Source of the DNA: a bacterium
GTDB lineage: Bacteria; Hinthialibacterota; Hinthialibacteria; Hinthialibacterales; Hinthialibacteraceae
Direction of reading: 5' to 3'
Length of the DNA stretch: 64,000 nucleotides
Assembly (NCBI GenBank): GCA_963662285.2
Contig: CAXXMV010000008.1
Span: forward strand, 1,120,001-1,184,000
The notes beneath the pieces were generated by a model, which did not search any database, had not been told where the DNA came from, and was given only the letters and a program-made list of their open reading frames with translations. A program made the position numbers and the translations under genes. Of this stretch, positions 22,578 to 33,600 are shown in pieces. Every line of letters starts with the position of its first letter. The stretch's first letter is position 1.

Positions 22578-23801
22578 CTAGTTGGAGGGGGGAATCAGGA
22601 CGGTTGGCGTCTTTATCTTAGGCTGCGGCGTCACGCCGCGGATTTGCCGCAAGAATGCCGCATAGACGTCCGGCTGTGTGGTCTTCACGAAGCGGAAGAA
22701 CGCCGCATAGTACATGGTTTGCCGAGCCGCATGATAGACGGGCGGGTTACCCCCTTCCAGTTCCTCCATCTTGTCGGAGAGCCGGCGGCTCAGATCCGGC
22801 AACATCTCGAAGTAGTTGGCGTCGATGTACTCATTTACCAGTTTTGTTTGCTCATCGAATTCGATCCTATTGGTATCGTCTTCGGAAAGGTTGTCGCCCA
22901 AGAAGGCCTTCCGTTTCTTAACGCGATCCATCAGTTTTTCAATGGTCTCAGGACGATCAAAATAATCGATCAGGTCTTGTTCGTCGAATCCTTCTTTTAA
23001 CCGCCAACAAGCCCAATAGGGACGCCCCCCGAATGTGAGCGTCATGACTTTCGATATCTTTTCCAAACGCATGCTCACCCCCTCGGGATCATCAGTGATG
23101 ACATATGAGTGCGGATCCCCCCCCTGGTAGAGGTCGCTCAACACGTTGAAATCGGAGCGGTTACGTTCGACATTGCGGGGATATTCGCCTGGGGCTTTCA
23201 TAACTCCGTCGCCCGCCGTCAGGTTCTCCGACGCCACGGGGTGGAAGGCCAGCAGGTCGGTCTGCATCAGGCGCAGTCCCAAAAACGTGTCCTGTATGGC
23301 GGCATGGTAGTTCATAATCCTTTGCCCCTCTTTCATCCGCCTTGCAGTGTCTTCCTCGTCGATGAGCTGGCCGAACAGCGTAAACAGCGCGTCCTGTTCG
23401 CCATTGGCGAATTGGGCGACGGGCACGGCGAGCCAGTCGTAAACCGGCAGCGTCACCGTATAGGTGACGTCTTTGAAAACGGTTGCCTGAAGCCGTTTCC
23501 CATCGGGCTGCCTGGCATCATAGCGAAGCGCCGTCACTTTGCTGCCGTCCAACGGCTTCGCAACAGCCCCGAAGGCGACACCCCCGACCCCTGAACAGAA
23601 GCCGAACGACTTGATTCCTTGCGCGGCTTTCATGCTATTCACTAACGGTTTCGCAATCGGGTTGGCAAAGGAGTACATACCCGCCATAATTTGCGCCAAG
23701 GACGGCAGCGCAATAACGGCGCCAACCACGCACGCCCAGATCCATTTCCGCCAAATCGATTTCATGAATCGTTTGACATAACCATCACTCTCATTCTTCA
23801 T
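22578..23801 (-). CDS. Hypothetical exported or membrane-anchored protein
   Basis: Hydrophobic N-terminal segment and a GVGGVAFG motif; ATG at 23801 has a GGGAG RBS (track start 23840). Confidence 0.7.
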   Translation of the reverse strand: MKNESDGYVKRFMKSIWRKWIWACVVGAVIALPSLAQIMAGMYSFANPIAKPLVNSMKAAQGIKSFGFCSGVGGVAFGAVAKPLDGSKVTALRYDARQPDGKRLQATVFKDVTYTVTLPVYDWLAVPVAQFANGEQDALFTLFGQLIDEEDTARRMKEGQRIMNYHAAIQDTFLGLRLMQTDLLAFHPVASENLTAGDGVMKAPGEYPRNVERNRSDFNVLSDLYQGGDPHSYVITDDPEGVSMRLEKISKVMTLTFGGRPYWACWRLKEGFDEQDLIDYFDRPETIEKLMDRVKKRKAFLGDNLSEDDTNRIEFDEQTKLVNEYIDANYFEMLPDLSRRLSDKMEELEGGNPPVYHAARQTMYYAAFFRFVKTTQPDVYAAFLRQIRGVTPQPKIKTPTVLIPPSN

Positions 23802-24155
23802 CGCATTTTCTCCCGTCGCGAATCCCAGTTTTGTGACCACCGGTTATGATGTAACATGCCGTGTGGTGCGTTACAAACGGAAAGGCCTTCAATCGGGATT
23901 TTCCATTTAACCTGAGAAATCTCACTGATTTTTTTAATACCATCTAATTCCCTCAAAGAAAATACTCAATGTCAAGTTCTCTTCGAGAATTTCACTCGTT
24001 TTCATGAATCCAAGGGCCTATAAATTCTGTCAATTCAAAAAAATAGACGCACTTCCACAGTTTCAATCTCAAATATTCTCAATTTATGCTATTCAAATCC
24101 GAATCATCACACTGGAATCGATTTGAGTCGGTGAATCTTCTGAAGAACCTTTCAA

Positions 24156-24212
24156 TGCAAACTCAACGTTAACCTCATCTTTTATTAGACTTGATGGTCG
24201 GATGAATAGTTT
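24156..24212 (+). repeat. 57-bp direct repeat, copy 2
   Basis: Matches 20706-20762 apart from one base. Confidence 0.9.
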
Positions 24213-24318
24213 TATCAAACGTAGTATAATAGTATCAAATGACTGCGTAACTTGATCTCTTGGATGAAATACTGTCAAACTTAAGTCAATCAAGAATCTA
24301 AGTTGAACTTATAAAAAT

Positions 24319-25934
24319 GGTTCCTCGGAAAAATCTGTGGGTAAAAAATGAGTTTTTTTAGGCATATGGGAATGCTCTGAATTGTCGAATGATCTTCACA
24401 CGGAGAAAAATCGCGGAAGAAAAGAACGGTTTAAAGTTGCCTTGGATTTACGGCTGATTTTATTGGGTATCGAGATTGACGGAGGCTTGTGGATTCTGTC
24501 CCCCCAATTGGGGCAAGATGATCAAATGCTTTAATCGCTACAAAAAAATAACATGAAAAACTGGTTAAGAAGAGAGAGGCGAAGGGATTAATGAAGAGGA
24601 GGTAGAAAGAGACATCCGGTCCCTTATCCTGAGAAAATGGGAGTCGCGAACAACCATTGATCGGGAGGAAACCGGATGCATCTGAAAACCATCCTCAATC
24701 GCGTGCATAAAATCAAGGGATACGTGTACGGATCGATCCAGTTTGGGGAGTGGAACGGCAAAACGGCCCTGGAGGTCGAAATCCATCCTCGGGCGGGAAG
24801 CCGGGCTATGTGCTCGGGGTGTGGAAAGAGGAGGCCGGGATACGATAAGTTGGAGAGACGTCGCTTCGAGTTCGTCCCCTTGTGGGGCATCGCCACCTAT
24901 TTTCTATACGAAATGAGGCGCGTGAATTGCCCCCAGTGCGGCGTGAAAGTCGAACAGACGCCGTGGGCGGATGGGAAGCATGAGTTGACGGGGACCTATC
25001 AGTGGTTTCTGGCGGGCTGGGCGAAACGACTGAGTTGGAGTGAGGTCGCAGAAGCGTTCGAGACGAGTTGGTACAACGTGTTTCATTCCGTGGAACGGGC
25101 GGTGGAGTGGGGCCGCCGTCATATGGACTTGAAGGGAATTACGGCGATCGGTGTGGACGAAATGCAGTGGGGAGGCGGGCATCGATACGTGACGGTGGTG
25201 TACCAAATCAACGAAGGGTGCAAGCGGCTGTTATGGATTGGGCAACACCGAAAAGTAAAAACCTTGTTGCGATTTTTTCGATGGTTTGGAGAAGAACGTT
25301 CGGCCCAGTTAGAGTTCGTATGCAGCGATATGTGGAAAGCGTATCTCAAGGTGGTGGCCAAGAAAGCGAATCAAGCCATTCATATCCTGGACCGGTTTCA
25401 TCTTGTGGCGCACCTCAATAAAGCGATCGACGAAGTGCGGGCGGGAGAAGCCCGTGCGTTGAAAGCCAAGGGATGCGAGCCGATCTTGAAAGGAAGCCGC
25501 TGGTGGTTTCTGAAACGGCCGGTCAATTTGACGGCCAAGCAAGTGGAAAAACTGGCGGACGTACTGCGGTACAATCTGCGCACGGTGCGAGCGTATCTAT
25601 TGAAAGAAGAATTCCAGTTTTTCTGGGAATACCAATCGGCATGGTGGGCGGGGCGATTTTTGGATCAATGGTGTACAAAGGTCATGCGTTCGCGAATCGA
25701 ACCGATGAAAAAGGTAGCAAAAATGTTGCGGAGTCATCGAGACCTGATTTTGAACTGGTTTCGAGCGAAAAAGAGTTTTCCTCGAGTGTGGTAGAAGGCT
25801 TGAACAACAAAGCAAAATTGACAACGAAAAAAGCCTATGGTTTTCGAACCTTCCGAAGTTTGGAAATCTCTTTATATCATACACTTGGGAAACTTCCTGA
25901 ACCGGAATTTACCCACAGATTTTTTTGACGAGGC
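24319..25934 (+). mobile_element. ISL3-family element with frameshifted transposase (24676-25928)
   Basis: IRs GGTTCCTCGGAAAAATCTGTGGGTAAA and TTTACCCACAGATTTTTTTGACGAGGC; zinc finger, GVDE, SDMW, DRFH; C-terminal VEGLNNKAK..AYGFR lies in another frame. Confidence 0.9.
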
Positions 25935-25985
25935 TTTTTTCGACTGGATCGCTTGGCATGATATAGGCCAAAAAGGAGTCTTCCT

Positions 25986-27092
25986 ATGGTTATGGAGCAA
26001 AATTCTAGTAATCCAATTGTTGGAAATATGGTTCTGTATTGCCTTCTGCGCCGCTGGAACAGTGATCGTAAAGAGTCACAGTTCCTGTTGATAAAAAAAC
26101 AGGACTATTTTACCTTTCCTGCAACCAAACTTCGCGCAAATGAAGACTTATACCATGCTTTAATCCGTGCATTGGATGAAGATTTGAAAATAAAATCTGG
26201 AAAATATTTCATTGAGGAAGAACTACCGATGATTCCATCCTCTGGTACAAGTCCTCGTCCAAAGCATGGGGATGGACTCCCTAAAAATTGGTTCTTATAT
26301 CCGTTGGTTATGTCCTACCATGAAGACGCTCTTGATGCGATACCGCTCGATCAGATCAACTGGATGACAATTGATGAGATTATTGATCAAAACAAGGAAC
26401 CCAATATCCTAACTATTGCACAAATGATCAAGAAGAATCGATCCGATCTTTGCTCAGAACCTCCTAAAACGCCTTCAATGGATGCCCTTGCTTGTGCCTG
26501 GTCTGCACAAAATAGTCAAGAAGTACGCATTGTACGTCAAAATGATATTAAAGGGATTCTTAACATAGGCAATCGAGCCTTTAACCTTAGGGTGGCAGAT
26601 CCTTATTTACCCTATCATAAGCAAGGATTGGGATTCACCTGGAGTTTCTTTACCCCGAAAGATAAACAGGATTTGCATGTCCATGGTTTGCCCTCCGTAG
26701 AAATTTATGGGATTCTTGAAGGAGAGTTGCTTCTGTGGTACAAACCCATGAATCAAAGGGGAGCGCGATCTTGGAGTTTTCAGTTACTTCGCGCCGGGGA
26801 TTGGGCGGAAGTTGGCCCTCTTCAGTGTCATTTTGCCTGTTGGCTGACCAAAGATGGGCTAGGAACAGTAATAAAAGCCGCAGGAGCAGGAGAACTAGCC
26901 GGAGTAGGCCGTTTAGGAATCTCTGGCAAAACAGTATGTCAATGGAAAGATCATGCTGGAAATGAACAACATTGCAGCAATTATGGTCACTGTTTAATCC
27001 ATCCGATTATGGAAAAACTGATGATCGAATATGGAAAACCTTTTGAAGATAGAAAATATGATATCATTCGTATGTTGTACGATCAAATATAA
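25986..27092 (+). CDS. Degenerate Nudix + cupin-like protein
   Basis: FTFPATKLRANEDLYHALIRALDEDL (eroded Nudix box); LHVH..EIYGILEG..LRAGDWAEV...CH (cupin-like); C-terminal Cys cluster. Confidence 0.6.
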   Translation: MVMEQNSSNPIVGNMVLYCLLRRWNSDRKESQFLLIKKQDYFTFPATKLRANEDLYHALIRALDEDLKIKSGKYFIEEELPMIPSSGTSPRPKHGDGLPKNWFLYPLVMSYHEDALDAIPLDQINWMTIDEIIDQNKEPNILTIAQMIKKNRSDLCSEPPKTPSMDALACAWSAQNSQEVRIVRQNDIKGILNIGNRAFNLRVADPYLPYHKQGLGFTWSFFTPKDKQDLHVHGLPSVEIYGILEGELLLWYKPMNQRGARSWSFQLLRAGDWAEVGPLQCHFACWLTKDGLGTVIKAAGAGELAGVGRLGISGKTVCQWKDHAGNEQHCSNYGHCLIHPIMEKLMIEYGKPFEDRKYDIIRMLYDQI

Positions 27093-27106
27093 GAATATCG
27101 ATAAGG

Positions 27107-27517
27107 ATGCATTTAATGTCAAAACCATTTCGCCTCTCGGTTAAAGCCATCGTTCGCAATGAAGAAAACGAGTGCCTTGTTATTCGCCGGTCTAACTATT
27201 CAAAACATAACGCTGGGAGATGGGATTTCCCAGGTGGGAAAGTCGACGTAGGTGAGAATTTCGATGCTGCTCTTATCCGTGAAATTGGCGAAGAAACATC
27301 GATTGAAATTAAACTGACAGGTTTTGCCGGTTGTGGTCAATCGCAAGCCCCTGAAAATACAGTTATTTACCTTTTTATGAATGCGATGGCTCTAACCCAA
27401 GAGGTTGTATTAAGCGAAGAGCATACGGAGTATCAGTGGGTTCCTCTGTCTAATCTTCTAAATGTAGATATGGGGGATCAGTTTAAAGATATTTGTGAAG
27501 TTCTTGCAGCAGAGTAG
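27107..27517 (+). CDS. Nudix hydrolase (MutT-like)
   Basis: WDFPGGKVDVGENFDAALIREIGEETSI Nudix box; LSEEH. Confidence 0.93.
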   Translation: MHLMSKPFRLSVKAIVRNEENECLVIRRSNYSKHNAGRWDFPGGKVDVGENFDAALIREIGEETSIEIKLTGFAGCGQSQAPENTVIYLFMNAMALTQEVVLSEEHTEYQWVPLSNLLNVDMGDQFKDICEVLAAE

Positions 27518-27541
27518 GATAGATGAAAGGTTGACAACATT

Positions 27542-30500
27542 ATGAATTCCGAAAAACTAAAAGAATATTCGGATAAATATAAAGAAGATCTTTTCCCAAA
27601 ATTTCAAATTTACTCATCTACGCTTGAGTGTATATTAAAATCTATTGCTAATGATACTGATCCTTTAGCATTTGTCAGCGCAAGACCAAAGAGTCTTGAA
27701 TCCTTTATTGAAAAAATTAATAGAAAAGGGTATGAAGAACCATTTAAACAAATGACAGATATGTGTGGAGCAAGAATTGTTGCCCATACGATTGATCAAA
27801 TAGATCAGATAAGAGAAATCATTGAAAGAGAATTCATTATTGACCAGAAGAACTATGTTGATGCAATAGAAAGATTATCAAAAAATGAATTTGGGTATCT
27901 TTCTGTTCATTATATTGTGCAATTAAAAGCAGGTACTATATTGGGCATTGTTGTTCCAAATGATATACTGCCAAATGATGAAATACCATTTAAAGCAGAA
28001 ATTCAAGTTAGAACATTAAAACTAAAAGATTATTTGGATCAATATAAAGATCTTTTCCCAAAATTTCAAATTTACTCATCTACGCTTGAGTGTATATTAA
28101 AATCTATTGCTAATGATACTGATCCTTTAGCATTTGTCAGCGCAAGACCAAAGAGTCTTGCATCCTTTATTGAAAAAATTAATAGAAAAGGGTATGAAGA
28201 ACCATTTAAACAAATGACAGATATGTGTGGAGCAAGAATTGTTGCCCATACGATCGATCAAATAGATCAGATAAAAGAAATCATTGAAAGAGAATTCATT
28301 ATTGACCAGAAGAACTATGTTGATGCAATAGAAAGATTATCAAAAAATGAATTTGGGTATCTTTCTATCCATTATATTGTGCAATTAAAAGCAGGTACTA
28401 TATTGGGTATTGTTGTTCCAGATGATATACTGCCAAATGATGAAATACCATTTAAAGCAGAAATTCAAGTTAGAACATTATTGCAACATACTTGGGCAGA
28501 TACATTCCATGATCGTTTGTATAAAAATAATATCAAGAAACCTAAATCCCTTGAACGTGATGTCGCAAGAGTGGCTGCCATTCTTGAAGAAGCCGATAAC
28601 CTTATTTCCAAAGAAACAAGTATGATCGATGACTTTATTGTTGATATTGGCGCATATCTGTCAAAGAAAGAAATTGAAAAAGAAATCGATATACTGAAAA
28701 ATGTTTTTTCATTGGATGAAGATGTAAAGAATAAACAAAATCTAGCCCTACGTATATCTAAACTATATCGCGCTATATTTGAATGGGATCATATTATAGA
28801 TTTTCTAAATAAAACAAATATTTATCAATCTAATCCAAAATTACTTGCAGAATTAGGTAATGCGTATTGTGAAAACTACTCTCTCACACCGAATGATGAC
28901 AACTATGATAAAGGCATAAAGTTACTGAATGAATCTATTGATTCAAATAATTCTGATCCTTTATCACTTTCCCTATTAGCTCAGGCCTATATTAGAAAGA
29001 GAGGAGAAAATGATAAAACAAAAATGCATTTCAAAAGAGCATTTGAACTGAACCCGAAAAATCCTTACTATTTTTCAAATTATCTCGTTTTTGAATTGTC
29101 TCATTCTTCATTTTTGCTACAACCATTTATCAATCTAGCTATAGATACATGTCAGCAACATATTGAAGCAAGAATTGAATTACCACAAGCCTATTTGACA
29201 ATTGGACGCCTTTCTTTATTGTTATTAAATGACATATATACGAATGACAATAAAGATAGAATCGAAAAAGTAAAAATGGAACATTTTATTAATCAAATAA
29301 TTGAAAATTATGCTCTTGCTATTAAAATGTACTTAGAAATGGATTCTTGCATATGTTCATCGGTTATAAATAATGAAATTATCTTCATAAAAGAAATCAA
29401 AGGTAAATTATCATCTTTACGTAACGATCCTAAAAAAATATTAGAGTCTATTTTATTTATGCTCATTATTGCAAATTATCTTAAGAATAAAGAATGTCCT
29501 AAATGTCAAGTTGATAATATTGAATTAAATAAAATGAAACCCGAAAATGAATTACCTTATGAGGAAAATAAAAAAATTCTGTTTGTTGTAGGAGGATGTT
29601 CAAAGGATATTTCATCTGATATAAAGCATTACAAACCAGTCTTAGAAAATATACTTAAACATTTTAATGGGATTGTTATTGGAGGTGGTACAACATCTGG
29701 AATAAGTGGTATGCTAGGAGAAATTGCCTCAAAAACAATAAATGATCGAAAGTATATATTATTGGGTTATCATCCTTCAAGACTTGGAACTGATTATACA
29801 GTTGATCGTGATAATTACGACGTACTAGTAAAAACAAAATCAGAAGATAACTGCCTTTTTGACTCTCTACAGGCTTGGATCGATATTCTGGCCTCAAATA
29901 TTCCAATTGAAAATATAAGAATTTTAGCCATTAATGGAGGGAATATTACTTTACAAGAATGTTTTGTTGGAATATCTTTTGGTTCTTTAACTGGTGTTGT
30001 AAAAGGGAGTGGTCGTTCTGCGGATATTATTTTGTCTAATCCTCGATGGAGTAAAATGGATAATATAATTCCGCTTATCGATGAAGATATGACAATAAAT
30101 GCATTTGTAAATCAGGGTCAATCAAAATTAAATGTAGAACTAATAGATTCAATATCTAAATGTGCTCATGAAAAATTTATCGAACATTGTGGAAGTGAAA
30201 AGTATGAAAAATCATATCGTCCATGGGAAGACTTAAGTGATTATTACAAAGAAGCCAATCGAAGGCAAATTCGATATGCTGAAGTAATATTAAAGGCAAA
30301 TGGTTATCAGATGGTTGAAATTGGAGATGAGAAACAAGTAAAAGTTTATTCTTTCACTGATGATGACTCTAAACGTGTTGAAGAAATGTCAAAAATGGAG
30401 CATGGAAGATGGGTTCTTTCGAAAATAATGGATAAATGGGTTGAAGGAAAACCCAGGGATGATAGCAAGAAAATTCATCCTGATATAACCGGATGGGATA

Positions 30501-30592
30501 ATTTAGATCAAAATACAAAAAATAAGGATATAAACGCTGTTAAATCATGGCCTGAAATCTTTGCGAAAGCTGGGATTGAGATACGTCGCTAA
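27542..30592 (+). CDS. RelA/SpoT-like synthetase (duplicated)-TPR-SLOG-RyR multidomain protein
   Basis: RPKS..EK, DMCGAR, GYLSxHY, EIQVRT (each twice), QHTWA..HD..YK; TPR-like helices; GGGTTSG / NGGNITLQE / GSGRSAD (SLOG-like); PWEDL..AN and EHGRW..W..G..RD..HPD..W..L (RyR-like). Confidence 0.82.
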   Translation: MNSEKLKEYSDKYKEDLFPKFQIYSSTLECILKSIANDTDPLAFVSARPKSLESFIEKINRKGYEEPFKQMTDMCGARIVAHTIDQIDQIREIIEREFIIDQKNYVDAIERLSKNEFGYLSVHYIVQLKAGTILGIVVPNDILPNDEIPFKAEIQVRTLKLKDYLDQYKDLFPKFQIYSSTLECILKSIANDTDPLAFVSARPKSLASFIEKINRKGYEEPFKQMTDMCGARIVAHTIDQIDQIKEIIEREFIIDQKNYVDAIERLSKNEFGYLSIHYIVQLKAGTILGIVVPDDILPNDEIPFKAEIQVRTLLQHTWADTFHDRLYKNNIKKPKSLERDVARVAAILEEADNLISKETSMIDDFIVDIGAYLSKKEIEKEIDILKNVFSLDEDVKNKQNLALRISKLYRAIFEWDHIIDFLNKTNIYQSNPKLLAELGNAYCENYSLTPNDDNYDKGIKLLNESIDSNNSDPLSLSLLAQAYIRKRGENDKTKMHFKRAFELNPKNPYYFSNYLVFELSHSSFLLQPFINLAIDTCQQHIEARIELPQAYLTIGRLSLLLLNDIYTNDNKDRIEKVKMEHFINQIIENYALAIKMYLEMDSCICSSVINNEIIFIKEIKGKLSSLRNDPKKILESILFMLIIANYLKNKECPKCQVDNIELNKMKPENELPYEENKKILFVVGGCSKDISSDIKHYKPVLENILKHFNGIVIGGGTTSGISGMLGEIASKTINDRKYILLGYHPSRLGTDYTVDRDNYDVLVKTKSEDNCLFDSLQAWIDILASNIPIENIRILAINGGNITLQECFVGISFGSLTGVVKGSGRSADIILSNPRWSKMDNIIPLIDEDMTINAFVNQGQSKLNVELIDSISKCAHEKFIEHCGSEKYEKSYRPWEDLSDYYKEANRRQIRYAEVILKANGYQMVEIGDEKQVKVYSFTDDDSKRVEEMSKMEHGRWVLSKIMDKWVEGKPRDDSKKIHPDITGWDNLDQNTKNKDINAVKSWPEIFAKAGIEIRR
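27585..28480 (+). repeat. Intragenic tandem duplication, period 462 bp
   Basis: 27585-28018 is near-identical to 28047-28480 and in frame (154 codons). Confidence 0.95.
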
Positions 30593-30683
30593 TAAATATG
30601 GGAATAAATTTAATTTCCAAAAATTTACATGAAACAATAATGCATCGATAAGGATATGCCAGTCGGCATGAATCTCAGTAGTT

Positions 30684-33600
30684 ATGAGGATCAATATCAT
30701 GACCACCTCCGGTAGTGGAAAACGACTGCGACCGGTCATTCGAGTGTTTGTCAGTTCGACGTTCAGCGACATGAAGCACGAGCGGAACGCTTTGGAGGCC
30801 GATGCCTTTCCGAAACTGGAGCAGCTCTGTCAGCGTCATGGGTTTCAGTTCCAAGCCATCGATCTGCGCTGGGGCGTCTCGACTGAAGCTGGGCTGGATC
30901 ACCGAACGATGCAGATTTGCTACGAGGAATTGCGCCGGTCGCAAGAGATTTCCCCGGAACCAAATTTCCTTATCTTGCTGGGCAACCGCTATGGATGGCG
31001 GCCTTTGCCAGAAGCGATCTCACAGAAAGAATATGAAAATCTTCGCAATGCAGCAATGGAATGCGATAAAGACGGCAAGGCTATCATCAAAGGAATAGGT
31101 GACAAGTCAGCCGAACAGATACTCAAAGAATGGTATCGACTCGATGAAAATATTCTCCCCTCCGATCGAACACGGGATGATCCTGACTGCGCGCCACTGA
31201 ACTACATACTGCAATCACGTCTACAAGTTGTTGATGGGCATCTAAAGTATGGTCGTAGGAAGAAAGTCTCAGGCATGGGAGACGAAGACACGCCAGAATG
31301 GATTGCCGTCCAGAATGTTCTCTGGAATATGATCAACGCAGCATTTCCAGCTGATGCCCGTTTCAAAAACCGCTTCAAAAACATTGATGGGAACAAGCAT
31401 ATCCAGGATGTCGACAGTACACTAGACCCCAAGCGCACCGTACCACAGATCGTGCGTTTCCAGGGCTCCGCGACCGAGCAAGAGATATGGAGCGGCGCTC
31501 TTAGCGTCCCACATGCCGATCAACACGTCTTGGCGTTTTTCCGGGAGATCGAGAACCGCGCCGCCTTCTCCGATCCGAAGCAGATTGAGAACTTCGTTGA
31601 TGTGGACCCGTCCGGTACACTCCAGATTGAGCAGTTGAAGGCAGAACTTCGCCTGCGGTTGGGCAGTTCGAATCTTTTCCACAACGAGGCTCCCGTGAGG
31701 TTGGTGGAGGCTCAAGACAATCAGGGTGACCGAAGAGTTGATATCACGACGGATCACCTAGACCAGCTTTGCGCCAATGTGGTAAGCCGGCTGTCAGAGA
31801 GCATCCAGGGCCAGATCGATGAGTATTGGCACAATACCTCACCAGCTTCAATGAATCGCGCCGCTCGCGAACTAGAAATCGAACAGCGCGAATACGAACG
31901 GTTCGCCAAGGAGCGTGGCGGTGAAGAGTCGTTTGTTGGCCGACAAGTCGAGTTGCAGTCTATTCTCGACTACATGGGGAGCGATTCCTGTTGGCCATTG
32001 GTGATCCACGGCGCTTCCGGCTGCGGAAAGACCGCCTTGTTGGCGTGCGCATCTCAAGAAGTGGCCAAGACCCGAAAACGGATCGAACGCTTCATCGGCG
32101 TCGCGCCACGGTCGTCTGACCTCCGTTCGTTACTAAGCAGCCTCTGCCAGGAATTGCGGCAGCGGAACCCGCGCACAGACGTGCTTCCCACCGAGATCAA
32201 GGAGTTACGTGACGAATTCTCCCGGCATTTGCAGGTCGCCACACCGGAGCAACCACTGATCCTGTTTCTAGACGCCCTTGACCAACTTGCTGATGCCGAC
32301 AATGGCCGGCTGCTGCACTGGCTGCCGCTTGGCTCGTTGCCAGCCCATGTTAAGCTCGTTGTTTCCTGCTTATCCGACCGGGCCGATGGTGATCTCGCCG
32401 GGCAACCGTACGCCGAACTCAAGCACCGCCAAATCCCGACCGAGAATTTCATCAATCTGAACGTTCTCTCGGAAGCCGAAGCTCGCTTGTTACTTTTCGA
32501 CCGGTGGCTCCCTAATACGGGCCGCAAGGTCAGTGATGATCAGCGGGCACAAATCGAGCAACGCCTTGCATCTCCGACATGCCGCCAGCCAATCTTCCTG
32601 AAGATGCTTTTCGAGGAAGTCCGATTCTGGCATTCCTACGATCCAGCGCCGGTGCCGGGCGAGAGCGTCCCCGCGCTTCTTGGACAACTCTTCGACCGGC
32701 TCAGCCTTGAGACGAACCACGGTCCGCTGTTGGTGAATCGCGTGCTGGGTTATCTTTCTGCATCCCGGCATGGATTGGCGGAAAATGAGATTCTGGAGAT
32801 CCTGTTCGCCGACCCCGAGTACCGAGCCAAGCTCAACGAAGCCACCGAACAGACCCGGCAGGAGCTGCCGCCCAATGCCAAGCGCATTCCGATTACTCTG
32901 TGGTCCCGGCTCCGGTTTGATCTTGCCCCTTACCTCACCGAGCGGGCCGCACCCGGCGCCAATGTGCTGACTTTCTACCACCGACAAGTCGGTGAGGCCG
33001 CTCGTGGTAAATACATGAGTGGTGACAACGAACTTCGTTCCCATCGCGCTCTGGCCGGGTATTTCCACAAACAGCACAATTACCTAGAATCAATAATAGA
33101 ACAGCATGCGCATGCAAGCCACCCATCAACTATGTCACGCCAGGCAAATCTACGGAAGGTGGATGAGCTTCCTTGGCAACGGTTACAAGCCCAGCAGTGG
33201 GATAAATTAGGAAGACTCCTGACCGATGTGTCTTTCCTCGAAGCCAAGGTCGCGGCGGGGATGCTTCATTCTCTAATCGAGGATTACAACAGCGCGTTTA
33301 AAGCAAGTGGCAACACCAAAGTAAGCGAATGGAGTTCTGATCGTCGAAGTTTTGGCATGAGTTTCTTCCTGCGGGCACTGCGAAAGAACGCAGAATTTAT
33401 TTCCGATGTGCCCACAGCAACCCGAACCCAGCTAATCCTCACTGGACTGAACGAGGCCTTTGATCACAAACTCCTGGTGGGGAGATTTGCGGAAAAATCT
33501 CTGCTCGTGCCCTCGCGCGCCCCCGCAGAGATTGCTAATCCGCACTCCGAAGAAGTCGTCTCTGTAACAGCAAGTGGTGACTGCCAAAGAGTCGCAACCT

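Noticed and set aside
24300-25945. Target-site duplication for the ISL3 element
   Set aside because: Both flanks are AT-rich but do not match each other.
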